Below are positions 29,139 to 38,919 of a stretch of 56,441 bases of DNA, piece after piece; positions within the stretch are counted from its first letter, which is position 1; each line of letters opens with the position of its first letter. The translations under genes and the position numbers were made by a program. The notes under the pieces are model-generated. The model made no database searches, was not told the DNA's origin, and worked only from the letters and a program-made list of their open reading frames with translations. The stretch is from Erysipelothrix sp. Lineage in GTDB: Bacteria > Bacillota_I > Bacilli_A > Erysipelotrichales > Erysipelotrichaceae. The stretch covers positions 1 through 56,441 of the forward strand of contig JAAZDN010000075.1 of NCBI GenBank assembly GCA_012512805.1, given 5' to 3'.

Positions 29139-30180
29139 ACTTGTATACTCGTTGTATTCGTTGTGAGAGTAGTGTTAAAACTTCATAATTTATTGTATCT
29201 CGTTTAAGGGCATATGCCTCTACACTTTGATTGTGTCCAAACAACTCAACTTCATCATGGTCTGATACACGATCATCAACCATGACCATTAATTGGTCCA
29301 TACAGACGTTACCAACAATAGGGTAGGCAACGTTATTAATAAAGACGTTCTGTTGCTTATCTGAGCGTAAAATGCCATCTCCATACCCAATGGGTATAGT
29401 TGCGATTTTTGTTGGTGTATGTGCAGCAAAGATACCGTTATATCCAACAGTTTCACCACTTTGAATGGTACGTAGAGCAACGACTTCACTTACTAATCGT
29501 ACGACAGGCTTTAATGCTTCATGCAAATCATTATCATAGAGTCCAATACCAATACGGACAGCCGTCGTAAAGTCTTCACTTAACATGAGTGAGTTTTTAC
29601 TACTTTTTGCATGAATACTTTTAAAACTAAAGTCTAATGAGATTACATAATTTTTAAAAAGTTGAAACGCTGAAGCTAAAGCAGTCATTTCATTAATTGC
29701 GAAATGGGTGAAAATCCCCTCAATTGAATGTGTTTTAGATACATGATGAATTAAAGGTTTTAAACGCTCATCATTAAGTTCTATGCCTAAGCGGTTCATA
29801 CTTGTATTAATTTTAAGATGTAATAATAGATCAGTGAGACTAGACATCTTTATTGCCTCAAGTTGTTCAATGCTAGTAATCGTTAAGTGAATTGAAGATT
29901 CTTTTGCTAAATGAAAGCTATCAAGGGGTGTATATCCCATAACTAGAATCGGTGTTTTAATCTTTGCTTCACGTAGCTCTAGCGCTTCATCTAAGGTTGC
30001 GACACAGAGCATAGTCACATTTTCAGACTCAAACACTTCTGCGACCTTTATCATACCAAGACCATAGGCATTGGCCTTCACAACGGCATAGACATCCTTT
30101 TGTGTGAGCTTTTCATACGTTTTATAATTATGCACTAGTGCAACAGTGTCGACTTCAAGTATTGTAGATCTTGTGTTCAT
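29137..30180 (-). CDS. alr: Alanine racemase
   Basis: 347 aa with the AVVKANAYGLG PLP-lysine motif and typical length. Confidence 0.88.
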   Translation of the reverse strand: MNTRSTILEVDTVALVHNYKTYEKLTQKDVYAVVKANAYGLGMIKVAEVFESENVTMLCVATLDEALELREAKIKTPILVMGYTPLDSFHLAKESSIHLTITSIEQLEAIKMSSLTDLLLHLKINTSMNRLGIELNDERLKPLIHHVSKTHSIEGIFTHFAINEMTALASAFQLFKNYVISLDFSFKSIHAKSSKNSLMLSEDFTTAVRIGIGLYDNDLHEALKPVVRLVSEVVALRTIQSGETVGYNGIFAAHTPTKIATIPIGYGDGILRSDKQQNVFINNVAYPIVGNVCMDQLMVMVDDRVSDHDEVELFGHNQSVEAYALKRDTINYEVLTLLSQRIQRVYK

Positions 30181-30599
30181 TAGCGTGAACCAACCGTTGC
30201 TTGACTGATCGCAACAAAAACTGCAAAGCCGATTTCAATAAGTGAAAAATACCCGTTAACAAGTCCAAACATTTTACTAAATACGTTCAATGGTAATAAA
30301 AAACCTAGGTTATATGATACTGAAATATAGAAAGAAAGTAATACGGAAACAACTGTAAAGATGGCCGCAATGATCATAAATTCACTCGTTAAACCACGAC
30401 CTATTTTACGCACCATTGATCCGATAATAAAACCAATTCCTAGTACAACAGCATAATATAGGATATTCACGCCTAGTCTTTGAACAAAGAGAAGCGAGAT
30501 TGCACCTCCTAGTGAAATAAGTAGGGTGTAAGGAATACCTAAGACTAAGGTCTTTATAATTCTATCTTTTTTACTAACTGCTCGATAGTTAAATTTCAT
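30180..30599 (-). CDS. Hypothetical polytopic membrane protein co-transcribed with alr
   Basis: 139 aa with about four hydrophobic helices. Its stop overlaps the alr start. Confidence 0.45.
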   Translation of the reverse strand: MKFNYRAVSKKDRIIKTLVLGIPYTLLISLGGAISLLFVQRLGVNILYYAVVLGIGFIIGSMVRKIGRGLTSEFMIIAAIFTVVSVLLSFYISVSYNLGFLLPLNVFSKMFGLVNGYFSLIEIGFAVFVAISQATVGSR

Positions 30600-30763
30600 T
30601 CAATCAACTCCTCTAAATAGTATAACATAAAGTATTATATTTACTTAGTGTGCAAAAAAATAAATTGAATAAAATGGTGAATGAGATGATTAACATCTTG
30701 GTGAGAGATTATCTAAGATTGTTAAAGCATAAAAAAACTCAAGATTGACTTGAGTTTGTAATG

Positions 30764-31945
30764 TTATTTTGTTGAATAGTTGTCAAAGTATCCTTGAACA
30801 AGTACAACAGGAGTACCCTTATCACCACTACCACTTGTAAGGTCACAAAGACTTGCCACAAGATCACTAATTTGACGTGGGGTTGTACCTTCAGATAATT
30901 CTTTATCAGCAGATTCCATATCCGTTGTTTCTAAGGTCTCAATGATTGCTTTTGTTAATTGTTCACCGCGAATATCTTTGAATTGATTATCGGCAATATA
31001 CTTAATCTTTATTTCATTAGGTGTACCGCGTAAACCATCTGTAAATGCGACTGCAGATACTGGATCGGCTAACTCCCAAATACCACCTACAGGATCTTTA
31101 AAGGCTCCATCACCATAAACAAGTATTTCAATATTCTTATGTGTCATTGCCTTAAGTTTAACTTGAAGTGCTGCTACAACATCTTCACTTGATCTTGGGA
31201 ATAACTTAATTTCAGAATCTGTTGCCTTATTTGAGCCTAACAGTCCAAAACGTTCATTGTATCCATGTTGATCATTTTCTTCGTTTAAGATTTCTGCGAG
31301 TGTTAATACTCTTTTAACACCTGCGTTTTCTAAGATTTTTTTATCAGCATCACGGGTGTGAATGCTTGCGACAATGACTTGATCAGTATATTTTAAAATA
31401 GCCTTTGGATCATTTGAAAATATAATTTCAATATTATCTGAAATTGATTTATAAAACTCAATATAATCGAGTCCTGTGAAAAGATGTTTTGTATCGTATC
31501 CAAATGTTTCTCTGAATTCACTTTCAGTTAAAACATCTGAAAAGGGGTTTACATTCTTTTCAAGAATTAATTCATTGCTCACAAGACGGTTTCCAACTTC
31601 ATCTGTTGGATAACTCAATTGTAAGACAACTTTATTTGCGCCTTTAGCTAAACCTTCTAGTAAGACGGAAAAACGGTTACGTGATTGAATCGGGAATATA
31701 ATGCCTAATACATCGGTATTAAACTTTTTTCTGACGTCATTTGCGATATCTTCGGTTGTAGCATAGTTACTTTCAGTACGAGCAACGAGTGCTTCTGTAA
31801 TTCCGACAATATCTCCATCAGCGAGTGTAATGTTCTCTGCTTCTACTGCAGCCATTAAACTTTCTGAAACGGTACTGATTAAATCATCTTTTCTTTGCAT
31901 AATTGGAAGTCTAATTCCAAATGCTTTTGTTGTTGTTTTTCTCAT
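30764..31945 (-). CDS. CofE-like (F420-0:gamma-glutamyl ligase family) protein, long Firmicutes form
   Basis: 393 aa. The N-terminal pattern (IRLPIMQRKDDL...ADGDIVGITEALVARTE) and GDGAFKDP are typical of the F420_ligase fold. A minus-strand terminator ACTCAAG/CTTGAGT lies at about 30733-30757. Confidence 0.55.
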   Translation of the reverse strand: MRKTTTKAFGIRLPIMQRKDDLISTVSESLMAAVEAENITLADGDIVGITEALVARTESNYATTEDIANDVRKKFNTDVLGIIFPIQSRNRFSVLLEGLAKGANKVVLQLSYPTDEVGNRLVSNELILEKNVNPFSDVLTESEFRETFGYDTKHLFTGLDYIEFYKSISDNIEIIFSNDPKAILKYTDQVIVASIHTRDADKKILENAGVKRVLTLAEILNEENDQHGYNERFGLLGSNKATDSEIKLFPRSSEDVVAALQVKLKAMTHKNIEILVYGDGAFKDPVGGIWELADPVSAVAFTDGLRGTPNEIKIKYIADNQFKDIRGEQLTKAIIETLETTDMESADKELSEGTTPRQISDLVASLCDLTSGSGDKGTPVVLVQGYFDNYSTK

Positions 31946-32036
31946 GGTTCACCTTCCTTGAATATTATAGACGTAAGTTAGTTAAAAATCAAATAGGAAT
32001 AACTTTTAAAGGTACATATATTATGATGGTGATACA

Positions 32037-32759
32037 ATGAAAAGACGATTATTATATTATACAATTAAATATAAGGCGGATTATACAAAAATAAGTAAAG
32101 CAATAATGAACAATGAACCATTTAAAAATATTGAATCAACGTGTCAGTATATTACGATATGTGATGCAGACTATCCAGATCGTTTACGTGAGTTAGTAAA
32201 ACCACCGTACGTACTTTTTTACAAAGGAAATATTGAAATATTAAATGATGCTGCAGTGAGTATTGTTGGAAGTCGAGATGCGATTGACTACGCCATTGAA
32301 AAAACAAAAAGTTGTATTATGAATATGAATGATGACATTGTCATTGTTTCAGGTCTTGCAAAAGGAATTGATGCTACAGCACATCAAACAGCTCTACAAT
32401 CAAATAGAAAAACGATTGCTGTTTTAGGTTGTGGCATTGATTATATCTATCCATATTCTAATCGAGATTTGTATCACACGATATGTACATCGTTCAACGG
32501 TTTAGTCATCAGTGAGTTTTATGGTGACTTGAAACCAAAACCATATTATTTTCCATATCGTAATCGTATTATTGCGGCTCTAGGTGAAAAATTGTATGTA
32601 ATGCAGGCAAGTTTACGGAGTGGAACCTTGCATACAGTGAACGAAGCATTAGAATTAAACCGAGAAATTTATGTGTTACCATATCGTACTAATGATGAAT
32701 TTGGTATCGGATGTAACTATTTAATTCAACAAGGTGCAAATATAATATTTGACAATTAA
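32037..32759 (+). CDS. dprA: DNA-processing protein DprA (short form)
   Basis: 240 aa with SIVGSRDA...GLAKGIDATAHQ and FPYRNRIIA. The dprA-topA synteny is conserved. Confidence 0.85.
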   Translation: MKRRLLYYTIKYKADYTKISKAIMNNEPFKNIESTCQYITICDADYPDRLRELVKPPYVLFYKGNIEILNDAAVSIVGSRDAIDYAIEKTKSCIMNMNDDIVIVSGLAKGIDATAHQTALQSNRKTIAVLGCGIDYIYPYSNRDLYHTICTSFNGLVISEFYGDLKPKPYYFPYRNRIIAALGEKLYVMQASLRSGTLHTVNEALELNREIYVLPYRTNDEFGIGCNYLIQQGANIIFDN

Positions 32760-32831
32760 CGTAAAATATCGTTATATTGACATATAGATAAATGAAATTG
32801 ACAAAAACAAATGGATGAAAAGGATGATTTT

Positions 32832-35054
32832 ATGAAAAAATTAGTCATCGTTGAATCGCCATCAAAGGCGAAAACGATTGGGAAATACTTAGGAGAAGAT
32901 TATGTTGTACTATCTTCAGTTGGCCATGTCCGTGATCTTGCGACGAGTGGCAAGGGTGGACTAGGTGTCGATGTTGAAGATGAGTTTCAAGCTAAATATG
33001 TAATCAGTAAGGATAAGAAAAAAGTAGTAACACAGTTGAAAAAAGAAGCAAAAAAGGCTGATGAAGTTTTACTTGCGACCGACCTTGACCGTGAAGGGGA
33101 AGCAATTTCTTGGCACTTGGCACAACTTTTAGACTTAGATTTAGATCTAGACAATAGAATTGTATTTAATGAAATTACTAAAAAGGCAATTTTAGATGCA
33201 GTTGAAAAGCCACGTAAGATTGATATGGAACTTGTTGAATCACAAGAAACACGCCGTATTGTTGACCGTATTATTGGATTTAGACTATCAACCTTATTAA
33301 AATCAAAAATTAAGAGTCGATCAGCGGGTCGTGTACAGTCGGTTGCTTTAAAATTGATTGCGGATCGTGAAGCTGAAATTAATGCCTTTGTTAGTGAAGA
33401 ATATTGGAGTGTCCATGCTAACTTCACGAAAGATAATTTTGGTGTTGAAAGTGAACTGGTTGCAATTAACAATGAAAAACCTGACTTAAAGAATGAAGAT
33501 GATGCGAATGATGTCATTCAACAATGTCAAAATGAATTTGTTGTATCTAAGATAGAACGTAAGGAAAGATCTAAGGCATCAAAACTACCATTTATAACGT
33601 CAACATTACAACAAGAAGCATCCACTAAACTACGTTTTGCAGCACGTAAAACGATGAGTGTTGCCCAAAGTTTATATGAGGGTGTTCAACTTGAATCTGA
33701 AGTTGAAGGATTGATTACGTATATGCGTACCGACTCTTATCGCTTAAGTCCAATTTTCTATAATGATGCTTTTGAACATATAAGTCAAACCTATGGTAAA
33801 GAGTATGTAGGGAAGTATCGCCCAGCTAAAAATGAATCTGCACAAGATGCGCATGAGGCTATTCGTGTTACAGATCCAACAATTACGCCACTTTCAATTA
33901 AAAAATATTTAGCGAATGATCAATATAAATTATACAGTTTAATTTATGCACGTACGATGGCATCACTGATGAAGGAAGCTAAGGTTGAAGTGAATACAGT
34001 TACTTTTAGTCAAAATAAAAATGACTTTAGAGCACGTGGATCTCGTATTCTTTTCGATGGATACTTAAAAGTATACAGTCAATACGAACAAGTAAATGAA
34101 CAATCATTGCCAGCGTTTAGTGAAAATGAAGTCATTAAGGCTGATATTGTTGAGGGTAAACAACATTTTACCCAACCACCAGCTCGCTATACAGAAGCAC
34201 GCTTAATTAAAACCTTAGAAGAAAATGGCATTGGACGACCAAGTACGTATGCTTCAATTATTGATGCGATTACTAAACGTAATTATACTGAATATAAATC
34301 GAGCACTGAAAGCTCAAGTACTAAGGTATTTTTCACGACAGAACGCGGTTTACTAACGAATACTGAACTTCAAAAATATTTTAATCCAATTATAAATGAA
34401 GACTATACTGCACAAATGGAAAATGATCTGGATGCCATTGCGACCGGAGAGCAAAAACGTTTGGTTGTATTGAATGAGTTCTATGAACCTTTTAGTAAAT
34501 TAATGGATCATGCATATGAAAATATGGAAAAAGTTGAGCCAGAGAAAACAGGTGAAAAATGTCCAGATTGTGAAGAGGGGATGCTCGTCATTCGTGAAGG
34601 TCGTTATGGTAAGTTTATTTCCTGCGATCAATTCCCAACGTGCAAGTATACTCGTGCACTTGAAGAAAACAAGAAGGAACAACCTGAGTTATTAGAAGAA
34701 GTCTGTCCTGATTGTGGATCACCCTTAGTAAAACGTAAAAACCGTTTTGGTAAATACTTTATCGGATGTTCGACCTTCCCTAAATGTCGTTATTTAAGAA
34801 ATATTAATGAAGATGGTAGTGAACTTACTGAAGAGCAAAAAAATGAACAAGCTAAGAATGCCCGACCAAAACCAGAACTGTTGGATGAAAAGTGTCCAGA
34901 TTGTGGACTTCCTTTAGTGAAGCGAAAAAATCGTAGTGGTAATTACTTTATTGGATGTTCTGGATTCCCTAAATGTCGTCATATTCGAAATATTGAAGAT
35001 GAAGAAACTGAAGATCAATCAGAAGAGACACCAGTAAGTGATGCAGTAGAATAA
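32832..35054 (+). CDS. topA: DNA topoisomerase I with three C-terminal C4 zinc ribbons
   Basis: MKKLVIVESPSKAKTIGKYLG (Toprim), YMRTDS active-site Tyr region, and three copies of CPDC...C..FP.C. The start is moved to ATG 32832. Confidence 0.95.
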   Translation: MKKLVIVESPSKAKTIGKYLGEDYVVLSSVGHVRDLATSGKGGLGVDVEDEFQAKYVISKDKKKVVTQLKKEAKKADEVLLATDLDREGEAISWHLAQLLDLDLDLDNRIVFNEITKKAILDAVEKPRKIDMELVESQETRRIVDRIIGFRLSTLLKSKIKSRSAGRVQSVALKLIADREAEINAFVSEEYWSVHANFTKDNFGVESELVAINNEKPDLKNEDDANDVIQQCQNEFVVSKIERKERSKASKLPFITSTLQQEASTKLRFAARKTMSVAQSLYEGVQLESEVEGLITYMRTDSYRLSPIFYNDAFEHISQTYGKEYVGKYRPAKNESAQDAHEAIRVTDPTITPLSIKKYLANDQYKLYSLIYARTMASLMKEAKVEVNTVTFSQNKNDFRARGSRILFDGYLKVYSQYEQVNEQSLPAFSENEVIKADIVEGKQHFTQPPARYTEARLIKTLEENGIGRPSTYASIIDAITKRNYTEYKSSTESSSTKVFFTTERGLLTNTELQKYFNPIINEDYTAQMENDLDAIATGEQKRLVVLNEFYEPFSKLMDHAYENMEKVEPEKTGEKCPDCEEGMLVIREGRYGKFISCDQFPTCKYTRALEENKKEQPELLEEVCPDCGSPLVKRKNRFGKYFIGCSTFPKCRYLRNINEDGSELTEEQKNEQAKNARPKPELLDEKCPDCGLPLVKRKNRSGNYFIGCSGFPKCRHIRNIEDEETEDQSEETPVSDAVE

Positions 35055-35071
35055 GCGGGTAACTATCTACG

Positions 35072-35968
35072 ATGTATAATTTACTGTCTGATTACTTAAA
35101 ACACTTAAAAGTATTTCAAAATGCATCAGATCATACCTTAAGTGCATATGAACATGATATTCAACGCTTCCTTGATTTTCTCCAAAGTGAAGGGATCGAG
35201 GACATGAATAAGGTTGATAATTTAATAGTGCGTACGTTTATTTCAAAATTACGTTTAGGTGAAATTGCCTTAGTTGAAATATCTGATAATTCACTTGCTC
35301 GCAATATTTCATCACTTCGTTCATTTTACTATTATTTAATAGAATTTAAAGGATATGATAAAAATCCATTTATTCATGTTAAGCAAGTGAAACAGTCTAA
35401 AAAGATTCCTGAGTTTCTATTTTTCAATGAGATTGAACAATTACTTGATTCTATTGAAGTTGATGATTTTATGGGAGAGCGTAATAAGGTGATGTTTGAA
35501 CTTATGTATGGCTGTGGATTGCGTGTTTCAGAACTTGTAAATTTGAAAGTATCAAATATTAATAGTGGTGATCGTATTGTTACCATATTTGGTAAAGGAA
35601 ATAAGGAACGGATTGTACCATTCCATGTAAAACTCCAAAGCTTATTAGAAGATTATTTACTAAAACGAGCTGGATGTTCCATTGAACATGATTATGTCTT
35701 TTTCAATAAAAATAAAAAACAGTTAACATCTCGCGGTATTCAATATATACTTGATCAACTTGTGATCAAAAGTGGCTTGAATAAAAAGGTATCTCCGCAT
35801 ATGCTCAGACATTCCTTTGCAACGCATCTTTTGGATAATGGGGCTGATATTCGTATTGTTCAAGAATTATTGGGACATGAGAATATCTCAACGACTCAGA
35901 TTTATACGCACGTATCGATTGATAAGTTAAAATCAGTGTATCAAAGTGCACATCCTCGTAATCAATAG
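35072..35968 (+). CDS. xerC: Tyrosine recombinase XerC/XerD family
   Basis: 298 aa with HMLRHSFATHLL and LLGHENISTTQIYTHV. It sits in the housekeeping position after topA. Confidence 0.85.
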   Translation: MYNLLSDYLKHLKVFQNASDHTLSAYEHDIQRFLDFLQSEGIEDMNKVDNLIVRTFISKLRLGEIALVEISDNSLARNISSLRSFYYYLIEFKGYDKNPFIHVKQVKQSKKIPEFLFFNEIEQLLDSIEVDDFMGERNKVMFELMYGCGLRVSELVNLKVSNINSGDRIVTIFGKGNKERIVPFHVKLQSLLEDYLLKRAGCSIEHDYVFFNKNKKQLTSRGIQYILDQLVIKSGLNKKVSPHMLRHSFATHLLDNGADIRIVQELLGHENISTTQIYTHVSIDKLKSVYQSAHPRNQ

Positions 35969-35992
35969 AAAAAGAGCCGTATGGCTCTTTTT
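35969..35992. terminator. Bidirectional terminator
   Basis: AAAAAGAGCC-GTAT-GGCTCTTTTT between convergent genes. Confidence 0.85.
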
Positions 35993-37648
35993 CTATTGAT
36001 TTTGAAATTTATTTACTGCGGCTGCGATATTTGGAATAATTTGTTTCTTACGAGATAAGACACCTGGGATAAATTGGATATCCTCAACATCTTTTTTCTC
36101 ACCTTCAAAGGCATAGTCAAATATTTGAGCTGCACTTCCGGCTGTAATGACATAGGATCCCTTATCTTTAATGTCGGTAATCATTACTAGACCAAGATCA
36201 TATTTATTTTCATCGCATAAGGTATTCAGATGAGTACGAATGTCATCTTTAATTTCGAATACCTTATCACTGTCTACAACATTAATTTGTGAGATTGCGA
36301 CATCATAGCCTTCAATATCAAATTCTTTGAAGTCAGTTAAAATCACTTCTTCAATCGATTTGTTTGAAAGGGTGGCACTGGCGTTAAAGATTTCGGCAGC
36401 GTACTCTTCAATATCAACTTCTGCAATTTCTGATTAGTATTTACCTAGCTCTACATCTTGTTTTGTGCAAGTTGGTGAATTAAAGTTCACTGTATCAGAA
36501 ATGATTGCCCCAAGTAAGATACCTGCGATATCATGTGATGGTTTGATCTTATTTTCAATAAACATTTTTGTAATGATGGAATAAGTACTACCAATTATTT
36601 CATTTCTAAACATGACCGGGGCATTTGTGACGATATCGCCAATACGATGATGATCGATAATTTCAACTACATCAGCATCTTCAATTCCTTTGATACTTTG
36701 ATTTGTTTCATTGTGGTCAACAAGAATTAATTTCATCTTGTCATAATTCCATAAGTGATAACGTGAGATAAAACCGGTTAAACGGTTTGCGTTATCAATA
36801 ACAGGATACGTTCTAAAACGAGATTTTGAGATGATAGATGTGACTTCTTCAAGTGAATCTGAAGTATGGAAGCTTACAAGATCTTTTGTCATAATGAGTT
36901 TAATTGGAATCGCTTGGGCGATGGATTGAGACGTATTGAAAATATCTAGGGTTGTGTAAATGAGACCACAGTTATGATCTTTTGCTAACTGTTGAATTTC
37001 TTCTGATATTTGTTCGAGTTTAGCAAAACAAATAATAATGAGTGAAGCACCCGTTTCAATTGCTTTACGAATTGAGTGTTCTCGTGTACTCGATATTACA
37101 ATTTTACGGTCATATCCAATTTCCTTCTTATCTACAAGTACTCCGGAACTGATTGAAATAATTCCAGAAGGGTTATAGTTTTTAGGTTCAACTAAGACAT
37201 TTCCCCATACAACTTCAGCAAAGTTTTCAAAGGGTGTTTGAGCCATTAGTGTAAAGTCATTTTTAATAAGACTTAAAAGGACATCTGAAATCTGTCCTAG
37301 TGTTGCCATTCCTAAGAGATTTTTTTTCTCATTTACAATGGCAATGGCTTTGCGGTTATGATAACTCATAAGATCCCATGCTGATTTAATCGTCGCATCT
37401 TCACCAACAGTGAGTGAGCTGTCTATTTCAATATCTTTAAGTTGCATTGTTAACTTGGGCATTAAGCGTGGAGCGTCCATATTAAAACGATTTAAAATGT
37501 ACGTTGTTTCTTGATTTAATTTCCCTAAACGTATTGGTAAAACATACTCACCAAGTTGTTGTTTTAAATTAGCATAGGCTAGGGTTGCACATATACTGTC
37601 TGAATCTGGATTTCGATGGCCAGTAATTAAAGTAGGATTGTTCATCAT
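35993..37648 (-). pseudogene. CBS-domain family II (DHH/DHHA2) inorganic pyrophosphatase interrupted by one in-frame TAA
   Basis: Track ORFs 36434-37648 (DHH motifs HRNPDSDS, VDHNE, DHHRIG, plus a CBS pair) and 35993-36346 (DHHA2, GVLSRKKQIIP) are in the same frame. The 29 codons between them read SEIAEVDIEEYAAEIF... and continue the family sequence. The only break is TAA at 36436-36434. Confidence 0.8.
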
Positions 37649-37820
37649 ATCCCTCCTGTTTCAATAATTATAGCATAAAGCAAGTCATATTAAATCAGAT
37701 TAAAAGTAAAAATAAACTAAATATTCTATATTTATAAAAATGTGGTATTATATAATAACTATAGCGAATACATTTTTGTATATATGGTATAATATGCGTA
37801 AGTTTATAAGGAGGCTTATT

Positions 37821-38216
37821 ATGGGATTTAAAGAAAAAATGAAGAATTTTATAGCGCCAGAAGATGAAATGTTAGAACTTGATGATTATGATGTTTCAAC
37901 AGCACTCAGTGATTATGAAAAACCTCGTAATAAAAATGCATCAAAATTAAGTAATAATGTAACGATGAAATTATATGAACCACGTTCATTTGATGAAACA
38001 GAAGTCATTGCAGCAGATCTAAAAAATCGAAAAGCGGTCTTCGTTAATTTCCATAGACTCCAAAAAGATTATGCTCAAAGAACGATTGATTTCTTAACTG
38101 GAGTTACCTTCGCCTTAGATGGTAAAATCGAAAAGGTTGGCCATAATACAATTTTATGTACACCTAGAACGATGGAAATTGAAGGTGAAATTAATTTAGA
38201 TTTAGACGAACTATAA
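37821..38216 (+). CDS. sepF: Cell division protein SepF
   Basis: 131 aa from ATG 37821, which follows SD AGGAGG. It contains VFVNFHRLQKDYAQRTIDFLTGVTFALDG. An extended -10 TGGTATAAT lies at about 37783-37791. The track start at 37740 is an artefact. Confidence 0.88.
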   Translation: MGFKEKMKNFIAPEDEMLELDDYDVSTALSDYEKPRNKNASKLSNNVTMKLYEPRSFDETEVIAADLKNRKAVFVNFHRLQKDYAQRTIDFLTGVTFALDGKIEKVGHNTILCTPRTMEIEGEINLDLDEL

Positions 38217-38241
38217 GTTAAAGATAGAAGGAGACGATCAC

Positions 38242-38703
38242 ATGTCAAAAAAAGAATCATTTGATATAAAACGTAAAGGTTATGATCGTTTTGCTGTCGA
38301 TGCTTATGTAAGTCGTGTGAACCAAGAAAAAGAATTTTCACACGCTAAGTTAAATGTATACCGTAAGCAATTGGATTTTCTCAGTGAGCAGTTAGAACTG
38401 AAGCAAAATCAGAACATCCAACTGCTTAATGAAATTAAAAATGTTAATGATGTGATTGAGCAACATCAGCTCAATAATGACACTAGGAATAAATTAATTA
38501 CAGAAGCTCAAATGGCTGCTGATAAGATTATCTTAGAGTCATTACAAATAGCTAAAGAAGTACTTGATACAGTGAACATGACATCGTATAATACTAGTGA
38601 GTATAAACAGGAGTTATTAGCTGTTATTGATCGGGTTCGAAATTCAGTGTCAGAAATTGAAATTATGAAGCCAATCGAAGTAGATTTAGATTTAGAACGT
38701 TGA
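38242..38703 (+). CDS. DivIVA-domain coiled-coil protein
   Basis: 153 aa with the N-terminal F.I.RKGYDRFAVDAYV DivIVA motif, followed by heptad-rich sequence. Confidence 0.75.
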   Translation: MSKKESFDIKRKGYDRFAVDAYVSRVNQEKEFSHAKLNVYRKQLDFLSEQLELKQNQNIQLLNEIKNVNDVIEQHQLNNDTRNKLITEAQMAADKIILESLQIAKEVLDTVNMTSYNTSEYKQELLAVIDRVRNSVSEIEIMKPIEVDLDLER

Positions 38704-38727
38704 ACAAGCCATTTATTTTAAATAATT

Positions 38728-38902
38728 ATTAGAGACTTCATGGGTGGTGAAAATGAAGAATTATGAAATAATGTATCACTTGGGAGTTAACAATAGAAAT
38801 ATTGTCGCAGACGCTGCGTTAAAGCAAATGAGTGTGTAATAGTAATATTACAAATTTAGGTGGTAACACGCTAAAAGCGTCCTTTAGTGAGACGTTTTTT
38901 TT
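38728..38902 (+). promoter_or_regulatory. T-box leader (Ile specifier) controlling ileS
   Basis: AGAGA (38731-735) marks the base of stem I. A candidate specifier ATC plus A lies at 38775-38778. The T-box sequence AAATTTAGGTGGTAACACG is at 38852-38870, and the terminator AAAAGCGTC/GACGTTTTTTTT at 38873-38902. Confidence 0.8.
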
Positions 38903-38919
38903 ATGAAAGAGGATGAAAT

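Noticed and set aside
30640-30735. 24-codon ORF (ATGGTGAATGAG...) in the intergenic region downstream of the CofE-like gene.
   Set aside because: It has no SD, and it overlaps the minus-strand terminator hairpin. It is most likely fortuitous.
34683-35003. Direct repeat of about 130 nt inside the 3' part of topA.
   Set aside because: It encodes two nearly identical C4 zinc-ribbon modules (PELL.E.CPDCG.PLVKRKNR.G.YFIGCS.FPKCR). Multiple zinc ribbons are normal for bacterial TopA, so this is a domain duplication, not a mobile element.
35072-35968. Tyrosine recombinase as a possible marker of an integrated element.
   Set aside because: It lies in the conserved housekeeping dprA-topA-xerC arrangement and has XerC/D-type motifs. 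No flanking direct repeats, tRNA target or cargo genes are visible.
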